From an uncultured delta proteobacterium (GTDB taxonomy: Bacteria > Myxococcota_A > UBA9160 > UBA4427): 64,000 bases of DNA. Each line of letters opens with the position of its first letter. Positions within the stretch are counted from its first letter, which is position 1. Shown here piece after piece: positions 1-9,090 of this stretch. The translations under genes and the position numbers were made by a program. The DNA is taken from assembly GCA_963822965.1 (NCBI GenBank), contig CAWGJT010000005.1, positions 224,001 through 288,000 of the forward strand, in the 5' to 3' direction. The notes under the pieces were generated by a model. It was not told where the DNA came from. It saw nothing but the letters and a program-made list of their open reading frames with translations, and ran no database searches.

Positions 1-281
1 AGCTCTTCCATGGGGATGTAGAGGTCGCTCTCCGCGTCGTACTCCCGAACGCCGTGGGCGATCTCCACCTCGAGAGTGCGTCTCGTGGCCAGCGGCGCGG
101 CGGTCTCGCGCGCCCGCCGCAGGGGGCTCGCGTAGATGTGGTCGATGGGGATGCCGTCGAGCCAGCGCGCGACGCGTTGGGCCTGCTCGCGCCCGAGCGG
201 CGACAACACGGGATCGGCGGGCGTCCCGTCGTCGGTGATCACCCGCTCGGGCAGGCCGTGACGGATCAGCAGCAGCTCCAT
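1..281 (-). CDS. Histidine phosphatase (phosphoglycerate mutase-like) family protein, runs off the window start
   Basis: Not in ORF track. Manual translation from ATG 281 gives MELLLIRHGLPE...LSPLGREQA...IYASPLRRARETA, with the RHG and SPLxRAxET motifs. Confidence 0.85.
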   Translation of the reverse strand, partial: MELLLIRHGLPERVITDDGTPADPVLSPLGREQAQRVARWLDGIPIDHIYASPLRRARETAAPLATRRTLEVEIAHGVREYDAESDLYIPMEE

Positions 282-330
282 GGGCGTCGGATCCTATCCG
301 AGGGCCCCCCGGCCCGCCCCGCCGATCGGA

Positions 331-360
331 TTGACACGCGTGTAAGTGGGGCCCTATTCT
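331..360 (+). promoter_or_regulatory. sigma70-type promoter TTGACA-N18-TATTCT, overlapping palindrome ACACGCGTGT
   Basis: TTGACA at 331-336, TATTCT at 355-360, 7 nt before GTG 368. Confidence 0.55.
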
Positions 361-367
361 GCGAATC

Positions 368-1174
368 GTGCCCTGGAAGTACGTGTTCATCGACGGGGTC
401 GCCACCTACCTCCACCACACCGGCGCGACCACCCTCCCCGAGACGCCCCCCGACACCCGCCAGGGCGAGGTCGTGCTGTGCCTGCACGGCACCGGCGGCC
501 ATGGGGGCGACTTCGCCGGCGTGCTGGACGCCCTGGCGCCGCGGCACAGCCCCATCGCCTTCGACCAGCCCGGGCACGGCCGCTCCGGGGGTCTCGACAG
601 CCTGGGCGCCGTCGATCGCATGGGCGACTTCGCCCGGAGCCTCGCGGAGAAGCTCGCGCTGCGGCCGCACGTGCTGCTGGGTCACTCGCTCGGGGCCGCG
701 GTCGCCCTGGACTACGCGCTCACGTACCCCACCGCCGTGCGCGGACTCGTGATCTGCTCGGGCGGCGCCGGCTTCCGCCTGGACGACGGCCTGCTCGAGA
801 ACGCCCGGCTCGTCACCGAGGGCAAGCGCCGGCGCGACTTCGACCCCGGGGCCTTCGCGCCCGGTACGGCGCCGGAGGTGATGCGCCGCGCCTTCACGGC
901 GGGCCTGAAGACCGACCCCCGGGCCACCTACGGCGACCTGCTCGCCTGCACGGCCTGGCAGCGGGACGACGAGCTCTCCGGCATCGCCGTGCCCACCCTG
1001 GTGGTGCACGGGGATGCCGAGTCGGACGACGTCGTCTCCCAGGCGAACCGACTGCTCGAGCGGCTGCCGAACGCCCGCCGGGCGGTGGTCGCCGACGCCG
1101 GCCGCATGATCCTCTACGAGCAGCCCGGGGCCCTGGCTGCGGAGATCGAAGCCTTCCTGGGAGGTCTGCCGTGA
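368..1174 (+). CDS. Alpha/beta fold hydrolase
   Basis: CLHGTGG, DQPGHGRS, GHSLG nucleophile elbow. The usual catalytic His position reads AGRM, so it may be atypical. Confidence 0.85.
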   Translation: MPWKYVFIDGVATYLHHTGATTLPETPPDTRQGEVVLCLHGTGGHGGDFAGVLDALAPRHSPIAFDQPGHGRSGGLDSLGAVDRMGDFARSLAEKLALRPHVLLGHSLGAAVALDYALTYPTAVRGLVICSGGAGFRLDDGLLENARLVTEGKRRRDFDPGAFAPGTAPEVMRRAFTAGLKTDPRATYGDLLACTAWQRDDELSGIAVPTLVVHGDAESDDVVSQANRLLERLPNARRAVVADAGRMILYEQPGALAAEIEAFLGGLP

Positions 1175-2334
1175 GCCTGTCGGGGCGCGTCGCGATCGCC
1201 GGCGTCTACGAGCACCCCACGCGCTGGGCGCCCGAGAAGTCCGAGTCGCAGATCATGGCGGAGTCGGCCCGCGGCGCCCTCGCCGACTGCGGCCTCTCGC
1301 TCCGGGACGTGGACGGCCTCTTCGCGGCGGGCATGTCGATGGGGCCGATGGGCGTCGTCGGGCTGGCCGAGTACCTGAACCTGAAGCCGCGCTATCTCGA
1401 CGGCACGAACATCGGCGGCTCCTCGTTCGTCGCCCACGTCAGCCACGCCGCCGGGGCCATCCACGCGGGCCTCTGCGACGTGGCGCTCGTGCTCTACGGC
1501 AGCACCGCCGCCTCGAACGCCATGGCCATCGGCACCGGCCTCGGCGGCGGCGCGAGCCGCGACCCGGTGCAGTCGTTCATCTCGCCGTACGGGATGACCA
1601 CGGTGGGGAGCTACGCCCTCGTCGCCCAGCGCCACATGCACCTGTACGGCACGAAGAGCGAGCAGCTCGCCGAGATCGCCGTGGCCATGCGCGGCCACGC
1701 GTCGAAGAACCCGCAGGCGAAGATGCGCAAGCCCATCACGGTGCAGGACGTGCTGGAGAGCCGGATGATCTCCGAGCCCCTCCACCTGCTCGACTGCTGC
1801 ATCATCAGCGACGGGGGCGGTGCGGTCGTCGTGACGAGCCTGGAACGGGCCCGCGACCTGGCCCGGCCGCCGGTGGTGCTGCAGGGCTGCGGCGAGGCCG
1901 TCTGCCACCAGGAGATCGGCGCGCCCGATCTCCTCACCCTGGCGGCGGCCCAGTCGAGCCGACAGGCCTTCGAGATGGCGCAGGTGCGCCAGGACGACAT
2001 CGACTTCTGCACCATCTACGACTCGTTCACGATCACCGTGCTCGCCACCCTCGAGAACCTGGGCTTCTGCAAGCCTGGAGAGGGCGGCCCCTTCGTCGAG
2101 GGCGGCCGCATCGCCCTGGGCGGCGCGCTGCCCGTGAATCCGGACGGCGGCGGGCTCTCGTCGAACCACCCCGGCATGCGGGGGATCTTCCTCGTGATCG
2201 AGGCGACGAAGCAGCTGCGCGGCGAGTGCGGCGAGCGCCAGGTCGAGGGCGCGGAGCTGGGGCTGGTGCACGGCACGGGCGGGACGATCGGCAGCATGCA
2301 CAGCGGCGCGACGCTCGTCCTGGGGCGGGCCTGA
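1171..2334 (+). CDS. Thiolase-like protein (SCP-x/Ltp2-like, non-canonical)
   Basis: GTGA overlap with upstream gene. Motifs VAIAGV, LDCCIISDGGGAVVV, IYDSFT, NPDGGGLS. C-terminal part of ORF 346..2334. Confidence 0.9.
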   Translation: MSLSGRVAIAGVYEHPTRWAPEKSESQIMAESARGALADCGLSLRDVDGLFAAGMSMGPMGVVGLAEYLNLKPRYLDGTNIGGSSFVAHVSHAAGAIHAGLCDVALVLYGSTAASNAMAIGTGLGGGASRDPVQSFISPYGMTTVGSYALVAQRHMHLYGTKSEQLAEIAVAMRGHASKNPQAKMRKPITVQDVLESRMISEPLHLLDCCIISDGGGAVVVTSLERARDLARPPVVLQGCGEAVCHQEIGAPDLLTLAAAQSSRQAFEMAQVRQDDIDFCTIYDSFTITVLATLENLGFCKPGEGGPFVEGGRIALGGALPVNPDGGGLSSNHPGMRGIFLVIEATKQLRGECGERQVEGAELGLVHGTGGTIGSMHSGATLVLGRA

Positions 2335-2344
2335 GGCGGAGACA

Positions 2345-2779
2345 GTGGCGAAGGAATTCGAACATCCGAAGCCGGCCGCGAGCTGGGAGACCCGGGCCTT
2401 CTGGGAGGGCTGCGGCCGACACGAGCTCGTCCTGCAGCGCTGCCGCGCCTGCGGCACGGTGCAGCACCGTCCCCGGGCCGTCTGCGCGAGCTGCCTCTCG
2501 CCCGAGATCGAGCACTTCATCGCGTCGGGCCGCGGCAACGTCTACACCTTCACGGTGACCCACCAGAACGGGGTGCCGCCCTTCCGCGACGCCGTGCCCT
2601 ACGTGCTCGCCTACGTCGAGCTCGAAGAGGGCCCCCGTCTCATGACGAACGTCGTGGGATGCGAGCCCGCCGAGGTCGAGATCGGCATGCCCGTGGTAGT
2701 CGACTTCGCGGACGTCGACGCCAGCGATCTGGGAGAGGCCGGCGGCGCCTTCGCGGTGCCGCGGTTCCGCCCGGCATGA
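2345..2779 (+). CDS. DUF35 Zn-ribbon/OB-fold protein (thiolase partner)
   Basis: FWEG, QRCRACG...PRAVCASC, PYVLAYVELEEGPRLMTNVV. Confidence 0.9.
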   Translation: MAKEFEHPKPAASWETRAFWEGCGRHELVLQRCRACGTVQHRPRAVCASCLSPEIEHFIASGRGNVYTFTVTHQNGVPPFRDAVPYVLAYVELEEGPRLMTNVVGCEPAEVEIGMPVVVDFADVDASDLGEAGGAFAVPRFRPA

Positions 2780-3405
2780 TCCTCGATCTGCACAGCCACT
2801 CGATCCGCTCGGACGACGGACGGGCGAAGGTCGAGAACTACTGCCAGTGGATCCGCAAGCGCGAGCTGCCCCTCGACGGATTCGTGCTGACGGAGCACCG
2901 CCAGTACGACGCCACCTCCGACTACCGCCGCCTCGAGGACGAGTTCGACCTGCTCATCCTGAAGGCCAGCGAGGTGGAGACCGAGTACGGCCACGTGCTG
3001 CTCTTCGGCGTGAACGAGGACCTCGTCAACGCCTTCGACTTCAGCCGGGTGAACCTGCCCCTCGCCGAGGTCGTCCTGCAGGCGAAGTGCCACGACGCCA
3101 TCGCCGTCCCGTGCCATCCCGGTCGGACGAAGGTGGGCATGTGCGCCCACTACGACGTGCGCGGCCCGGTCGAGGGCGTCGAGGTGATCGAGACCCTGAA
3201 CGGCGGCAGCCGCGGCACGGAGAACGACGAGGCGATCGCCCTCGCGGCCACCTACGGCTATCGCGGCGTCGGCGGCAGCGACGCCCACATCGTCAGCTTC
3301 ATCGGACGCTGCGCCACACGCTTCGAGAACGACGTCGCATCCATCGAGGACCTCGTCCGGGAGCTGCGAGGCGGCGCCTTCGAGGCCCTCTCCTTCAAGG
3401 AATGA
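2776..3405 (+). CDS. PHP-domain metallo-phosphoesterase
   Basis: ATGA overlap. DLHSHS, LTEH, GHVLLFG, CHP, GGSDAH motifs. Confidence 0.85.
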   Translation: MILDLHSHSIRSDDGRAKVENYCQWIRKRELPLDGFVLTEHRQYDATSDYRRLEDEFDLLILKASEVETEYGHVLLFGVNEDLVNAFDFSRVNLPLAEVVLQAKCHDAIAVPCHPGRTKVGMCAHYDVRGPVEGVEVIETLNGGSRGTENDEAIALAATYGYRGVGGSDAHIVSFIGRCATRFENDVASIEDLVRELRGGAFEALSFKE

Positions 3406-3415
3406 ACGGCAGGAC

Positions 3416-3898
3416 ATGACCACGGAAGACGAGATCGACATCCAGGCGCTCAAGGATGGCTGGTGCGGCCGCCAGTTCGACGAGGTGACCTTCGGGGTAG
3501 ACGCCCGGGAGATGGCGGAGTTCGCCATCGCCTGCGGCGAGACCCAGCCCCGCTTCACCGACCCGGACCACCCGGACTTCCAGGCGGTCCCGAGCTACAC
3601 GAGCCGCTTCCACGGCACGCGCGCCATGCCGGAGGACTTCCCCATCCGCTCCCACCAGGGCTTCGACGCCGGCAAGTGCGTCGAGGTGCTCGGCCCTCTG
3701 CGCTCCGGTGACAAGGTGGTCGCCCGCAGCGAGATCCACGACATCTACCAGAAGACCGGGCGATCGGGCGGTATGCTCTTCATCGTCCACCGCATGCGCT
3801 TCTCGAACCAGCGCGGCGAGCCCATCTCGATCGTCGACTGGCGACTCGTGCAGAATCAGGTGAGCCTCAAGGCGCCCGAGCGGGAGGAGGGCCGATGA
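3416..3898 (+). CDS. MaoC-like hot-dog dehydratase, N-terminal-type subunit
   Basis: EFAIACGETQPRF...AVPSY, PLRSGD, KTGRSGGMLF, NQRGE. Confidence 0.75.
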   Translation: MTTEDEIDIQALKDGWCGRQFDEVTFGVDAREMAEFAIACGETQPRFTDPDHPDFQAVPSYTSRFHGTRAMPEDFPIRSHQGFDAGKCVEVLGPLRSGDKVVARSEIHDIYQKTGRSGGMLFIVHRMRFSNQRGEPISIVDWRLVQNQVSLKAPEREEGR

Positions 3899-4305
3899 GC
3901 GCACCCCGCTCGTTCGCGGACGTGGAGTTCGGCGAGGAGCTGCCCGGCTTCGAGCCGGACATCAGCATGCCCACCGTGAAGCGCTTCACCGACGCGGCGC
4001 ACATGAGTTGGTCGCGCTTCAACGACCACGAGGAGGCCCGCAAGCAGGGTCTCCCGGGCGCCATCGTCCCGGGCATCATGAGCCAGGGCATCCTGGCCGC
4101 GATGGTGGACAACTGGGCCCCGGGGTGCAGCATCCTGAAGATCGACACGATCTTCCGGGCGGCCCTGGTGGTGGACTCGAAGGCCACCTGCCGGGGGGTG
4201 GTGACGGACATGGACGAGGCGGCCGGCACCGTGGAGATCGATCTCACGATCGCCAACGAGGCCGGCGAGACCCGGGTGCTCGGAACGGCGATCGTGAAGC
4301 TCTGA
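3895..4305 (+). CDS. MaoC-like hot-dog dehydratase, second subunit
   Basis: FADVEFGEELP, DHEEARKQGLPGAIVPG, C-terminal GTAIVKL. ATGA overlap. Confidence 0.75.
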   Translation: MSAPRSFADVEFGEELPGFEPDISMPTVKRFTDAAHMSWSRFNDHEEARKQGLPGAIVPGIMSQGILAAMVDNWAPGCSILKIDTIFRAALVVDSKATCRGVVTDMDEAAGTVEIDLTIANEAGETRVLGTAIVKL

Positions 4306-4350
4306 AGACACTCGAGTCCCGGCTCCGGACAGCCGAAGGGGGGAGAATCC

Positions 4351-4683
4351 ATGGCCGCGCTCCACGACGTCACCGACGCCAACTTCGAAGACGAGATCCT
4401 GAAGCCCGGGACCCGGGCGCTCGTCGACTTCTGGGGCGATCACTGCCCGGCGTGCCGGCAGATCTCCCCGATCCTCTCCGACCTGGCGGCGGGCTACGCG
4501 GGACGCGTGAAGATCGTCAAGATGCACGCCGCCGAGAACATGGCGACCAGCGCACGCTACGGCGTACGCGCCATGCCCACGGTCCTCGCGTTCCGGAACG
4601 GGGAGGTGCGGGGACAGCTCGTCGGCGCTCGCAGGAAGAGCGACTTCGAGGACCTCATCCAGGGGCTCCTCGCCGAAGCCTGA
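4351..4683 (+). CDS. Thioredoxin-like protein (CPAC active site)
   Basis: VTDANFEDEIL, LVDFWGDHCPAC, YGVRAMPT. Confidence 0.85.
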   Translation: MAALHDVTDANFEDEILKPGTRALVDFWGDHCPACRQISPILSDLAAGYAGRVKIVKMHAAENMATSARYGVRAMPTVLAFRNGEVRGQLVGARRKSDFEDLIQGLLAEA

Positions 4684-4695
4684 ACCGAGGTGCCC

Positions 4696-6036
4696 ATGAG
4701 CCAGCAAGCCCGACACCCCATCCCGCGCGTGGGCCTGTTCCAGACCCTCCGCCAGACCCTGGGCCAGAACGAGCGCATCGACATGCTCTCGGGGCTGTCG
4801 CGTCTCCACCAGGAGCACGGTCCCGTGGTGATGCAGGACCTCGGCATCATGAAGATGATCAACCTCTTCGGTCCCGACGCCAACCGCTTCGTGCTCCTCG
4901 ACAAGAACCGCATCTTCTCCGCGCGACGTCCCTGGACGCAGATCATGGGGCGGATCTTCCCGAACGGTCTCCTGCTGCAGGACGGCGCGGTCCACAAGCA
5001 CCACCGGCGCATCATGCACGTCCCCTTCCAGCGGCCGGCCCTGCGGATCTACGCCGATCGCATGAACGACATGATCGACGAGCGCCTGTCGGATTGGGTC
5101 GGGCGAGCCCGCGGCAAGCGGCGCTTCCTGGCGTTCCGCGCCTACAAGGAGCTCACCCTCGACATGGCCGCGGCGATCTTCATCGGCATCGATCTCGGCG
5201 CCGACACGCACCGGATGAACCGCGTCTTCGAAGACCTGGTGGCCGCCTCCATGTCGCGCATCCGCCTGCCGATCCCCGGGCTCGAGTTCCATCGCGGGCT
5301 CAAGGGTCGCGAGTTCATGCTGGGCTTCCTGGGCGACCTGCTGCCCAAGAAGCGCGCGGGCGACGGCACCGACATGCTGAGCCGCCTGTGCCACGCGGAG
5401 ACGACCGAGGGGCAGCGCTTCTCCGACGGGGAGATCCTCGATCACATGATCTTCCTGATGATGGCGGCCCACGACACCACCACCAGCACCCTCACGTCCA
5501 TGACCTACGAGCTGGCGAAGAACCCCGAGTGGCAGGAGCGCGTACGGGAGGAGAGCCGCGCCCTCGGCACCCCCGCCCTGGCCTTCGACGACATGGAGCG
5601 CCTCGAGGGCCTCACCTGGGTGATGAAGGAGACCCTGCGGCGCTACCCGCCCCTGCCCGTGATTCCGCGCGTGGCGACCGACGCCTTCGAGTTCGACGGC
5701 TATCACGTCCCCAAGGACGCCATGGTGGTGATCTCGCCCATCCACACGCACCACATGCACGCGTGGTGGGACGAGCCCCGCCGGTTCGACCCGGAGCGCT
5801 TCTCGCCCGCCCGGGCCGAGCAGGAGCGCCACAGCCACTCCTGGGTGCCCTTCGGCGGGGGGCCGCACATGTGCCTGGGCTTCCGCTTCGCCGAGCTGCA
5901 GGTGAAGGCCCTGATGCACCAGCTGCTGCAGCGCTTCCGGGTGAGCGTGCCGGAAGGCTACGAGATGCCGGTCCAGCAGGCGCCCATCTCGAGGCCGCGA
6001 GACGGACTGCCGGTGCAGCTCGATCCGATCTCGTGA
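4696..6036 (+). CDS. Cytochrome P450
   Basis: AAHDTTT I-helix, ETLR ExxR, FDPERF, FGGGPHMCLG heme motif. Confidence 0.95.
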   Translation: MSQQARHPIPRVGLFQTLRQTLGQNERIDMLSGLSRLHQEHGPVVMQDLGIMKMINLFGPDANRFVLLDKNRIFSARRPWTQIMGRIFPNGLLLQDGAVHKHHRRIMHVPFQRPALRIYADRMNDMIDERLSDWVGRARGKRRFLAFRAYKELTLDMAAAIFIGIDLGADTHRMNRVFEDLVAASMSRIRLPIPGLEFHRGLKGREFMLGFLGDLLPKKRAGDGTDMLSRLCHAETTEGQRFSDGEILDHMIFLMMAAHDTTTSTLTSMTYELAKNPEWQERVREESRALGTPALAFDDMERLEGLTWVMKETLRRYPPLPVIPRVATDAFEFDGYHVPKDAMVVISPIHTHHMHAWWDEPRRFDPERFSPARAEQERHSHSWVPFGGGPHMCLGFRFAELQVKALMHQLLQRFRVSVPEGYEMPVQQAPISRPRDGLPVQLDPIS

Positions 6037-6590
6037 AGGTCGAGCCCGCGCGCCCGGGGGTCCCTCTCGAGATCGAGACCCCGAGGCTGCACCTGCGGGC
6101 TCCCCATCCCGACTTCGCCCGGGAGATGAACGAGGCCATCCGCGACTCGTTCGACGAGCTGCGCGCCTGGATGCCCTGGGCCCGGGAGATCCCCAGCCTG
6201 GCGGCCTCCCGCGCCCAGCAGCAGCGGGCCCGGGACGCCTTCCTCACCCGGCAGGACTGTCAGCTCCTCCTGTTCCGGGGCCCGCGCATCGTCGGCAGCA
6301 GCGGGCTCCACCGCATCGACTGGAGCGTGCCCCGCTTCGAGATCGGCTACTGGGTCCGCACCCCGGACGCCGGCCAGGGCTTCGTGAGCGAGGCGGTGAA
6401 GGCCCTCTGCGCGCTCGCCTTCGACCGGCTCGGCGCCCGCCGGGTGGAGATCCGCCCGGACCCCCGCAACGCGCGCAGCCGCGCGATCCCCGAGCGCCTC
6501 GGCTTCCAGCTCGAGGGCATCCTGCGCAACGACTGCCTGCACGTGGACGGGCTTCCCCGGGACACCGCCGTGTACGCGAAGATCCGGTGA
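6033..6590 (+). CDS. GNAT N-acetyltransferase (RimJ/RimL-like)
   Basis: GTGA overlap. IETPRLHLR, FEIGYW, GQGFVSEA, NARSRAIPERLGFQLEG. Confidence 0.85.
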   Translation: MKVEPARPGVPLEIETPRLHLRAPHPDFAREMNEAIRDSFDELRAWMPWAREIPSLAASRAQQQRARDAFLTRQDCQLLLFRGPRIVGSSGLHRIDWSVPRFEIGYWVRTPDAGQGFVSEAVKALCALAFDRLGARRVEIRPDPRNARSRAIPERLGFQLEGILRNDCLHVDGLPRDTAVYAKIR

Positions 6591-6656
6591 GCTGACGCGC
6601 GCGCGCGAGACGTATAGAATCCACCGGGTCAGACTCGAACCCCCCGGAGCGATGCC

Positions 6657-7502
6657 GTGTCCGTCCTGTTTCCGGACCCCCAGGAAGGCCTCTATACCCG
6701 TTTGTTCTCGGCGGGTTACCTGAAGGTGGACCAGTGGTGGCCGGCCACCGACCTGCTTCGCGGATTCTGGCGTCTGTATCTGAACGAGCAGGACGGCGCC
6801 GAGCTCCACGTCGGCGACACCCGCTTCCCCCTCCCCGAGGGCCGGCTCGTGCTGGTGCCGCCGGGCCTCGACTTCCGCATCGTGCTGCAGCACCCGCTGA
6901 GCCAGCTCTTCGTGCAGTTCGAGTTCCTCGGCTGGCCCCCCGAGGCCGCCCGCGAGCTCCTGCCCACGCCGCTGGTGCTGCCGCCGGACGACCTGCGAGA
7001 CGCGCTGGCCAGGCGCCTGCGCGAGGAGCTGGGAAGGGCGTCACGGCTCTCGCCGGTGCACTCCGCCCGGGTGAAGGCGCTCGTGCACCTGTCCATCGCG
7101 GCCGCCCTCGAGGCGCTGCCGGCGGAGCGCGCCCGGCGGGTGTTGCGGATCCACGAGGGACAGGGCGAGCTGCTGGCCGTGCTGCACTACATCGACGAGC
7201 ACCTGACCGAGCCCATGAGCAACGCCCGGCTCGCGGAGATCGCGCAGAGCAGCGAGTCCCGCTTCATCCGCCGCTTCCGGGAGGCCACCGGACGCACGCC
7301 GGCCCGCTACGTCCAGGAGCGGCGGCTGGAACGGGCGTCGGAGCTGCTGGTCTCCACCGAATACAGCATCGATCGCATCGCGGAGGCGACGGGCTTCGCG
7401 AACCGGTACTACTTCACCCGCGTCTTCACGCAGCGCATGGGCCTACCGCCCGGGCGCTACCGCTCCGAGCGGCCCCACCTGCCGACGGCCGGTCGCGACT
7501 GA
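6657..7502 (+). CDS. AraC-family transcriptional regulator
   Basis: C-terminal double HTH: RFREATGRTPARY...IAEATGFANRYYFTRVF..MGLPPGRYR. Confidence 0.9.
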   Translation: MSVLFPDPQEGLYTRLFSAGYLKVDQWWPATDLLRGFWRLYLNEQDGAELHVGDTRFPLPEGRLVLVPPGLDFRIVLQHPLSQLFVQFEFLGWPPEAARELLPTPLVLPPDDLRDALARRLREELGRASRLSPVHSARVKALVHLSIAAALEALPAERARRVLRIHEGQGELLAVLHYIDEHLTEPMSNARLAEIAQSSESRFIRRFREATGRTPARYVQERRLERASELLVSTEYSIDRIAEATGFANRYYFTRVFTQRMGLPPGRYRSERPHLPTAGRD

Positions 7503-7598
7503 ATCGGCGCGAACCTTCCATCCGTCGGGACGCCGGCGACACACCGCCCGCGCGCGTTCGGGCGGCCGCGCAGGGAGCGCACAGAGGAGAGAGCCAAG

Positions 7599-8345
7599 AT
7601 GGATCTGGGAATCGCGGGCAAGCGAGCCGCCGTGGCGGCGGCTTCCAGCGGCCTCGGCCTCGCCACCGCGCGGGCCCTCGCCGAGGAGGGCGTGCGCGTG
7701 GCGATCTGCGGGCGGGACCGCGGCCGCATCCAGACCGCCGCCGCCAGCCTCGGAAGCGACGCCGTGGCGCTCGTGGCCGACGTCTCCACCACCGCGGGGG
7801 CCGAGCACTTCGTGGCCCGCAGCCGGGACGCCCTCGGCGGGCTCGACATCCTGGTCACGAACGCCGGCGGACCGCCGCCCGGCAACTTCACCTCGACGGA
7901 CGTCGACGCCTACCCCGCCGCCATCGCGCTCAACCTCCTCTCGGTCGTAGCCATGTGCAAGGCGGCGGTTCCCGCCATGCGCGAGCAGCGCTGGGGCCGG
8001 GTGCTCGCCATCACCTCGATCTCGGTGCGCCAGCCCCTCCCCGGGCTCATCCTGTCGAACACCGCGCGCGCTGGGGTCACCGGCTTCCTCAAGACCCTCG
8101 CCCGCGAGGTGGCGGGCGACGGCGTGACCGTGAACTCGATCCAGCCGGGCATCCACAAGACGGCCCGGGTCGAGCAGCTCTACGGTGGAAATCTCGCGAA
8201 CGTCGCCCGCGAGGTCCCGGCGGGCGTCCTCGGATCCGCCGAGCGCTTCGGCCGGGTGGCGGCGTTCCTCTGCTCCGAGAGCGCGAGCTTCGTCACGGGC
8301 GCCGCGGTGCCGGTGGACGGCGGGGCATACGCCGGGCTCCAGTAG
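7599..8345 (+). CDS. SDR-family oxidoreductase
   Basis: MDLGIAGK, AASSGLG, NAGGPPPG, LSNTARAG, VDGG. Confidence 0.9.
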   Translation: MDLGIAGKRAAVAAASSGLGLATARALAEEGVRVAICGRDRGRIQTAAASLGSDAVALVADVSTTAGAEHFVARSRDALGGLDILVTNAGGPPPGNFTSTDVDAYPAAIALNLLSVVAMCKAAVPAMREQRWGRVLAITSISVRQPLPGLILSNTARAGVTGFLKTLAREVAGDGVTVNSIQPGIHKTARVEQLYGGNLANVAREVPAGVLGSAERFGRVAAFLCSESASFVTGAAVPVDGGAYAGLQ

Positions 8346-8365
8346 CCGCCCGATCCGGCGCCCCT

Positions 8366-8929
8366 TCAGGAACCGAGCCCCTCCTCCAGCAGCGCGCGCG
8401 CCCGGGCGTTGGCGGCGTCGGCCCGCGCCAGCAGCGCATCGAAGGACGTCTCACCGTCTCGCGACGGGAGGACGCCCGCCTCGGCGCGCGCCCGGGCGCG
8501 GTCTCGGGTCTCCTCGGCGCTCTTGCGCCGGTGACACGGCACGCACAGGGTCTGGAGGTTCGCCGGCTCGTGACCCCCGCCGTCGATCAGGGGGACGATG
8601 TGGTCCAGCTCCCAGAGCGAGCGCCGCGGATGGAAGCCCAGCTCGCGGAGGCGCGCCGCGCGCCCGCGTCCCCGAATCTTCCGGCGCAGGGCGTTGGTAT
8701 CGAGACCGCAGGCGCGACACACGCCGCGGTCGCGCTTGCGGGCGATCCGCCGCTGCTCCCGCGGATCGCTGCGGTTGTAGTCGTCGACGCACGCCGGATG
8801 CCAGCGGCGGCGGCGGTCGACGCGGCCCTCCTTCGGACCCGGACCGTGCAGGATCGCCTGACCGCACCAGCGGCAGGTGCCACGCGGCGCGTCGCTGAAG
8901 CAGATCTCGGGCCGTCGGTGCTCAGCCAC
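8366..8929 (-). CDS. HNH endonuclease with N-terminal CxxC Zn-ribbon
   Basis: CRWCG...RDRGVCRACG...DHIVPLIDGGGHEPANLQTLCVPCHRRK. Start chosen at GTG 8929. Confidence 0.85.
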   Translation of the reverse strand: MAEHRRPEICFSDAPRGTCRWCGQAILHGPGPKEGRVDRRRRWHPACVDDYNRSDPREQRRIARKRDRGVCRACGLDTNALRRKIRGRGRAARLRELGFHPRRSLWELDHIVPLIDGGGHEPANLQTLCVPCHRRKSAEETRDRARARAEAGVLPSRDGETSFDALLARADAANARARALLEEGLGS

Positions 8930-9090
8930 GCGGGCCTTCCCGGGAGCGGACGACGGACGGCGGCCGCGGGCGCCGACGCGGATTCCCAGAGTGCACGCAG
9001 GCCCCCCACGCCCGGACGGACGTCGCACAGGGGGTGCAGCGAGAATCAGGCAGGGGAGCGCGCGGGTCAAGCGCTGATAGTATCCGCGGC

